From IMG/VR virus record IMGVR_UViG_3300017788_000014, positions 15,682-79,681 of that record: 64,000 nucleotides of DNA; one strand, written 5' to 3'. The notes under the pieces were generated by a model. That model was given only the letters and a program-made list of their open reading frames with translations. It made no database searches and was not told where the DNA came from. This stretch comes from a virus. Positions 58,810-64,000 of this stretch are shown here, one piece after another. The position numbers and the translations under genes were made by a program. Each line of letters opens with the position of its first letter. The stretch's first letter is position 1.

Positions 58810-58834
58810 GCGTTGGCATGTGCACGGAGGCACT

Positions 58835-59581
58835 ATGCGAAAAATAAACGAGTTGCAGGTTGTTGAAACGGCTGCGTTTGCAAAACGATTTTATGCCGAC
58901 AAAACCACCGAGTTTGACGAGCGGTTTATCGACCATGGCATGAGCGTGGCTGCTCAGACAGAAAAAATTGCCACGAAATTGTACGCCGACCTACGCGCTG
59001 ATTACTTTCTCGAAAGTGATCGTGACAATATCGGAGCCGCGGTGCATTGCGCAATTCTGCATGATGTGCTCAATGTTAGCGCGTGCAATTTTGAGCAAAT
59101 TGCCGAAGCCACCAACGTGCAAATTGCGGCCATGATCGCCGAGATCAGCCGCGATTTCCGGCTTATTGAAACCAAACGTGACGCAGAATTTCGCGGTCGC
59201 GTGAGCCAAAGTCCGCTGAGTGCGCAAATTGTCGTGGTGGCGGACGCCATATGCAATCTGAAAACCATGCGCGCCTATTTCGATCGCGTAGGGCTGTCAG
59301 CGGTTGCGCGGCTCAAAAAAAGCATTAGTCAAATCGATGGTGATCTGCTCGCCGTTCAGGCGGCAAACCGCTATTACGTGTTGCGGATGTACTGTCATGC
59401 TGCTAAAAATATGCTGACCGAATTGAGTCAGCAGATAAAAGAGCGGCGCAAAGCAGCCAAAATCGACAAATTTGTCGAGAAAAACACGGCGACGCTCCGC
59501 GCCAAAGTTGCCGCTGAGTCTGGCGGAAAGTCAAAAAAAACGAATCCCGGCAAAAAGGAAAAGCGCAATGGACGCAAATAA
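58835..59581 (+). CDS. HD-domain protein, RelA/SpoT hydrolase (Mesh1)-like, degenerate
   Basis: AAFAK...FIDHGMSVA...AILHDVL...VADAICN. Confidence 0.65.
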   Translation: MRKINELQVVETAAFAKRFYADKTTEFDERFIDHGMSVAAQTEKIATKLYADLRADYFLESDRDNIGAAVHCAILHDVLNVSACNFEQIAEATNVQIAAMIAEISRDFRLIETKRDAEFRGRVSQSPLSAQIVVVADAICNLKTMRAYFDRVGLSAVARLKKSISQIDGDLLAVQAANRYYVLRMYCHAAKNMLTELSQQIKERRKAAKIDKFVEKNTATLRAKVAAESGGKSKKTNPGKKEKRNGRK

Positions 59582-59900
59582 CACGCTCATCGAAAAAATA
59601 CTCGCCGACTATCTCGCTGAACAAAATCCGGTTCCTGCCGCGGAAGCACTCTTGCAAGAATTTGCACAATACGCTACGAAATGGCTCACAGATATCGGAA
59701 TTGTCGGTATCGGGCACAATCCACTCGGGCTGTCGTTGCGCGTAAAAAACGGCGATGAATTTTTGTTTTTTAAACCGCTCGACGCGTTTGTCGAAATGCG
59801 CGGAGCCGCAGTCGGTATTACCGGCGGCAGCACGACCGGCGTAAAAAACAATTACGTATTGGACACAAAATCGTTGCCGATTTCAGGTCATCGCAAATAG
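59568..59900 (+). CDS. hypothetical protein
   Basis: ORF MDANNTL... Confidence 0.6.
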   Translation: MDANNTLIEKILADYLAEQNPVPAAEALLQEFAQYATKWLTDIGIVGIGHNPLGLSLRVKNGDEFLFFKPLDAFVEMRGAAVGITGGSTTGVKNNYVLDTKSLPISGHRK

Positions 59901-59919
59901 GCGCGCAAAGGAGTGGCTC

Positions 59920-60561
59920 GTGTTTATTTGTTTGGACGGAGTCGATGGCGCCGGTAAAACGACGCAGGCGCGCATGCTGTTTCAGCGCTTTCAAAAACAG
60001 AATCAGCCAGCCGAATTAGTCGCCGACCCCGGAACGACACAGATCGGCAAGGCTATCCGCCACATTCTGCTCGACACCGATGCGCCAATTACGGCTGCGG
60101 CGCAAATGCTGTTGTTTTCCGCCGCGCGTGCCGAACTGGCCGATTACATACGGCAAAGGCTGGCGGAAAACATCACGATTATTTGCGATCGTTGGCTTCT
60201 GTCGACGCTGGTATATCAGGCCGATGTCAATGGTGTCGACGAGCAGTTAATTTTCGACATCTTCCGCGCCACGGCGTGTCAGGTTCCGGACATTTACGTA
60301 GTGCTCGACGTCGAGCCTGAAACAGCCTACTCGCGCGTCACGGCACGCCCGCACCAAGATCGTTACGAGCGCCGGTGTCTTGAGCACTTTAAAACGTTGC
60401 GGCAGCACTACACCGAACGCGCAGTTAATCTCGGCGCTTTGTTACCCGATGTCCAGTTATTTGATATGTATTTTTTGCGCGCAGAAAAATCGGCGGAAAG
60501 TTTGCACGAAGATATTTACACGTTGTGCCAACAACATGTTTTTTCACGGAGGTCACAGTGA
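59920..60561 (+). CDS. tmk: thymidylate kinase
   Basis: DGVDGAGKTTQ P-loop, LLFSAARAE, CDRWLLSTLVYQ, PDIYVVLDV, DRYE. Confidence 0.92.
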   Translation: MFICLDGVDGAGKTTQARMLFQRFQKQNQPAELVADPGTTQIGKAIRHILLDTDAPITAAAQMLLFSAARAELADYIRQRLAENITIICDRWLLSTLVYQADVNGVDEQLIFDIFRATACQVPDIYVVLDVEPETAYSRVTARPHQDRYERRCLEHFKTLRQHYTERAVNLGALLPDVQLFDMYFLRAEKSAESLHEDIYTLCQQHVFSRRSQ

Positions 60562-61085
60562 GTAGTGCCAGTGCTATTGAAACTGAGATGTCGACGGATC
60601 GACAACGCAGTATTTTTACGACGCAGCAAGAAGCCAGAAATTTAGAACGGCGGCTGATTGTCTGCCCTTCGCAAAAAACAGCAAATGCCGCTCTGCGCCG
60701 CGCGTGTTTTTTACTGCACACACTCGCGCAAAAACACGTGCCCAACACGCCGGCAAACTTTGACGACTACAGTACGTTACTTGCGGCGACCAACATATTG
60801 CTCGAATTGGGATTAAAACCGCCAATTGACACAAAATTACGGCAGGGCATCAATCGGCTCGGCGACGACATTGTGATCAATTCATTTCAGTACCGGCACT
60901 TGAAAAACAAAACAATTGCGAGCCTATCTGTAATTGCCGATCTGGCCGAAAAAGCCGCATCTAACGGCTCAGCAGATTTTCGCCGTGGAATGCGCGAGGC
61001 GTTTCAGCGGGCAAGCGATCTGGCCGTGGCGTTCTTGGAGGAAATTTCCACAGACTTTGAGGCTGCCGTTGATCACGATGAATAG
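60558..61085 (+). CDS. hypothetical protein
   Basis: GTGA overlap, GGAGG RBS. Confidence 0.65.
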   Translation: MSSASAIETEMSTDRQRSIFTTQQEARNLERRLIVCPSQKTANAALRRACFLLHTLAQKHVPNTPANFDDYSTLLAATNILLELGLKPPIDTKLRQGINRLGDDIVINSFQYRHLKNKTIASLSVIADLAEKAASNGSADFRRGMREAFQRASDLAVAFLEEISTDFEAAVDHDE

Positions 61086-61365
61086 TCAAACCATCAAAAA
61101 CGCGCTGAGCGACCTAAATCCAGACGCCGTGTTTTTTGAAAACATGGACGCGGCGTTGATCGGTTTCGGTACCGTTGCGCACCATGATCCGGTTGCTGTG
61201 TACAGTAAACAGCGGATATTCAGCACGTTGTTTTTAGACGGATTTTCTCGGGAAGAAGCGACGGCTTATTACCTTGAAGGTTTTGTGAGTTTTTCCGCCG
61301 GCATTAATACGCCGGTCATTATTGACGACATGTTCGAAATGTTTGAGGACGATATTCGTGGCTAA
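61078..61365 (+). CDS. conserved phage hypothetical protein
   Basis: DAALIG...VAVYS...EEA..Y...G..TPV pattern. Confidence 0.7.
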   Translation: MNSQTIKNALSDLNPDAVFFENMDAALIGFGTVAHHDPVAVYSKQRIFSTLFLDGFSREEATAYYLEGFVSFSAGINTPVIIDDMFEMFEDDIRG

Positions 61366-61669
61366 TATTGTTGTAAATTCGTCAGATGTACTGCAATTCG
61401 TCGAAGGGTCCGCGCGGCCAACCGATGAAACTCCCACGGTCATCTTTCAGGCGGGCGAATGGGAATTAGATTCCGGCATCGGTGCGGGAATCGTCGTCGA
61501 TGTGCAAGGGGCGCAGGCGCCGCTGTTAAGCGCTGAAAATGCGCGAAAACTGTCGAAGTGGTTGCTGAAAGCCGCCGACTTGTTGGACGGAACCAAAGAT
61601 AATTCGCGTAAAAAACACCGCGCAAATTATGACGACGACGCCGATGACGAGTTTATTCGTCATCGTTGA
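61358..61669 (+). CDS. hypothetical protein
   Basis: GTG start overlapping previous gene. Confidence 0.6.
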   Translation: MANIVVNSSDVLQFVEGSARPTDETPTVIFQAGEWELDSGIGAGIVVDVQGAQAPLLSAENARKLSKWLLKAADLLDGTKDNSRKKHRANYDDDADDEFIRHR

Positions 61670-61720
61670 GTCTGTAAAATTTAATGCGCGTAACCGCCGT
61701 ACTTTTTTGCCGAGGCTTAT

Positions 61721-62248
61721 ATGCGCAAAAAAATCTCCGAATTAGAAGCCAAAGAGCAGTTAGCGCCGACAGATATTGTACCAATTGTCGATTCTGAACT
61801 GCAGCGGAGTAAATCTAAAAAAACCACAATCGCCGACATTATTGAAATTGTCGATGCCGTGCCCAATACGGAACGCGGCGTGCCGGGCGGCGTGGCGACG
61901 TTGGATGGCGCCACGGGCAAATTACCGATCGAACAAATTCCCGACTCGGCTTTTACCGAAGTTTTTAGCGTAGTCTCAGAGGCGGCAATGTTGGCGCTGC
62001 CCGCCCAAACTGGCGACCTCGCTATTCGAACCGATTTAAACAAGACATTTGTGTTAGCCGGCCCGGTGCCGAACATTTTGAATTACTGGCAGGAAATTGT
62101 GACTGGAATTCCGGAGATGACGCTTGACGACGTCATCGGCGTCGATACTGGGTCGCCATCCGTGCTCGCCGCTTTAATTTTTGATCCAGAAACACAGTTG
62201 TGGCGAAGCGCTGGACTTGATAAAATAACTGACGGCGGAGAATTTTGA
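61721..62248 (+). CDS. virion structural or fibre-associated protein
   Basis: KKISEL, GVATLDGATGKLPIEQIP, GDLAIRTD, ends DGGEF. Confidence 0.65.
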   Translation: MRKKISELEAKEQLAPTDIVPIVDSELQRSKSKKTTIADIIEIVDAVPNTERGVPGGVATLDGATGKLPIEQIPDSAFTEVFSVVSEAAMLALPAQTGDLAIRTDLNKTFVLAGPVPNILNYWQEIVTGIPEMTLDDVIGVDTGSPSVLAALIFDPETQLWRSAGLDKITDGGEF

Positions 62249-62275
62249 CGCTAGAGCGGAAAATGAGGTATTTCT

Positions 62276-63241
62276 ATGGCAAATGTAATTCGTATCAAGC
62301 GTCGTTTAGCGGGTGGAGGCGCCGTTGGCGGCGCCCCGTCGTCGCTGAAAAACGCGGAGTTGGCTTTTAATGAAGTCAACAAAGTTCTGTACTACGGTGT
62401 TGGCGAAGATCAGTCGGGTAACGCCACCAGCATTCTCGCCATTGGCGGCGAGGGCTGGGACGCTGCTCCCGACCTGTCTGGTTATGCACAACTTACCGGC
62501 GCGACGTTTACGGGTAACGTAAATATCGGCACGTCGGAAGACCCGGACGATCTTGTCGTTCACGGTAATCTTACTGTGAACGGTACAACGTTGACCGTTA
62601 ATGCCGAGACTGTCGAAGTTGAAGACAAGAACATCGTGCTGGGCAAAGTCGCAACTCCGACCGACGTGACGGCTGATGGCGGCGGTATCACGCTCAAGGG
62701 CGCTACCGACAAAGAGTTCAAGTGGGTTGACGCCGATGACGCGTGGACCTCGTCTGAGCACGTTAAGTTGGCGGCCGGCAAAGACCTGATCATGGCTGGT
62801 GCCACGTCGGGTGCTGTGACGGTTGTGGTTCCGGATGTGGCTGGTTCGAACACGGTCACGCTTCCGGCGGCAACAGGCACAGTAGCGTTAACCGCTGATA
62901 AACTCAGCGCGTTCGCCGCTACAACGTCGGCTGAACTTGCCGGAGTGATTTCGGACGAGACAGGTTTGGGTTCGTTGGTGTTCGCCACCAGCCCGACGCT
63001 TGTTACGCCGGTTCTCGGCGCGGCTTCTGCCACCAGCGTAAATAAAGTTGCGATCACAGAGCCGGCTACCGGCGCGACGTTGACAATCGCTGAAGGAAAG
63101 ACGCTGACGGCCAGCAACACGCTGACCTTTACGGGTACCGACTCGTCGAGCGTAGCGTTCGGCACTGGCGGCACGGTTGTGTACGAAAGCACCGTGTGCA
63201 CGGCGATCGCGAACTGCGCCCTCGACGGAGGTTCTTTCTGA
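62276..63241 (+). CDS. tail fibre-like structural protein
   Basis: IRIKRR...ELAFNE N-terminal adaptor, GNLTVNGTT, T/G/A-rich beta repeats, ends DGGSF. Confidence 0.7.
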   Translation: MANVIRIKRRLAGGGAVGGAPSSLKNAELAFNEVNKVLYYGVGEDQSGNATSILAIGGEGWDAAPDLSGYAQLTGATFTGNVNIGTSEDPDDLVVHGNLTVNGTTLTVNAETVEVEDKNIVLGKVATPTDVTADGGGITLKGATDKEFKWVDADDAWTSSEHVKLAAGKDLIMAGATSGAVTVVVPDVAGSNTVTLPAATGTVALTADKLSAFAATTSAELAGVISDETGLGSLVFATSPTLVTPVLGAASATSVNKVAITEPATGATLTIAEGKTLTASNTLTFTGTDSSSVAFGTGGTVVYESTVCTAIANCALDGGSF

Positions 63242-63292
63242 CGATAATTTTGACTTGTTTTGCTCTAGACAAGTTTTCGGTTTTCGATTACG

Positions 63293-63338
63293 ATTCCCGG
63301 CAGTAGGTTTAATAGCCTCTGCCGGGAATTTTTTTTTT
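63293..63338 (+). terminator. Rho-independent terminator
   Basis: ATTCCCGGCAG...CTGCCGGGAAT stem followed by a long T run. Confidence 0.8.
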
Positions 63339-63341
63339 GCC

Positions 63342-64000
63342 ATGGCAAACCTGATCCGAATTAAAAAATCAGACATTCCGGGAAGAACGCCAGAAACGCT
63401 CGATCACGGCGAACTGGCAATCAATTATGCTGACGGTAAGTTGTTTTACAAAAACAACGCAAACACCATCCAGCAATTAAATCTTCCCGGAGAACAAGGT
63501 CCGACCGGTGCGACTGGCCCCGCTGGCGCTACCGGTCCGCAAGGCCCAACCGGCGATCCGGGCGGTGCGACTGGCGCTACAGGTCCGGCAAGTACGGCGT
63601 TAAAGTTAAACGCGTTGACGTTTAACGGTTCCACGACGACGTTTGCATTGGCGAGCGGCGCAACTACGGTGTCTCCCGGTACTGCTGCCACATTAATTAT
63701 TTCACTCAACGGCGTCGTACAAGAACCCGACGTAGACTACAGCGTATCCGGCAGCAACATTACTTTTGCACAGGCGCCGACGGAAGGAACAGATTTTTTC
63801 GGCATTAGCCTGAACGGTATTGTGGCCCCAATTCCCGGCGCCACTGGCCCGCAAGGCAATGTGGGAGTTACTGGTGCCACTGGTGCCACCGGTCAAGGTT
63901 TCAGCGACGGCGACAAGGGCGACATCACCGTAGGCTCCAGCGGCACCACGTTGACGATCGACAACGGTGCCGTGACGTACGCCAAACTGCAAAACGTCTC
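63342..64000 (+). CDS. collagen-repeat tail fibre protein (partial, runs off window)
   Basis: MANLIRIKKS...GELAINYADGKLFYK, G-X-Y repeats GPTGATGPAGATGPQG, NGVVQEP. Confidence 0.75.
   Translation, partial: MANLIRIKKSDIPGRTPETLDHGELAINYADGKLFYKNNANTIQQLNLPGEQGPTGATGPAGATGPQGPTGDPGGATGATGPASTALKLNALTFNGSTTTFALASGATTVSPGTAATLIISLNGVVQEPDVDYSVSGSNITFAQAPTEGTDFFGISLNGIVAPIPGATGPQGNVGVTGATGATGQGFSDGDKGDITVGSSGTTLTIDNGAVTYAKLQNV

Noticed and set aside
1-64000. Alternative genetic code
   Set aside because: Conserved genes are intact under the standard code with TAA, TAG and TGA all used as stops; neither tRNA is a suppressor

Overview
This window is about 64 kb of a large dsDNA tailed-phage genome, almost entirely coded on the + strand. 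A Planctomycetota host is inferred from gene content only and is unverified. Left to right it holds: (1) tRNA-Thr, then a compact locus of a Cas7/RAMP-like gene (1440-2189), a small conserved partner gene (2192-2650) and a roughly 660-nt non-coding array of GG(C/T)NN pentamers cut into 14 units by a GGCA 4-mer and closed by a hairpin; this is the best candidate for an RNA-guided system; (2) a terminase large subunit, the only convincing minus-strand gene; (3) an accessory block with a dATP/dGTP diphosphohydrolase, a nucleoid-like protein, a DUF1257/DUF2997/Ycf46-like AAA module, a hexapeptide-repeat protein, many orphans, a DEDDh exonuclease and tRNA-Gln; (4) a replication/recombination block with SbcD/SbcC, an IS110-Tnp-like protein next to a second RAMP-like protein, SF2 helicase, DnaB-like helicase, primase, UDG-fused family A polymerase, SSB-like, RecA-like and RuvC-like genes; (5) probable portal, glycosyltransferase, degenerate HD protein, thymidylate kinase and the start of tail-fibre genes. 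All family calls come from reading motifs by eye; no database searches were run.
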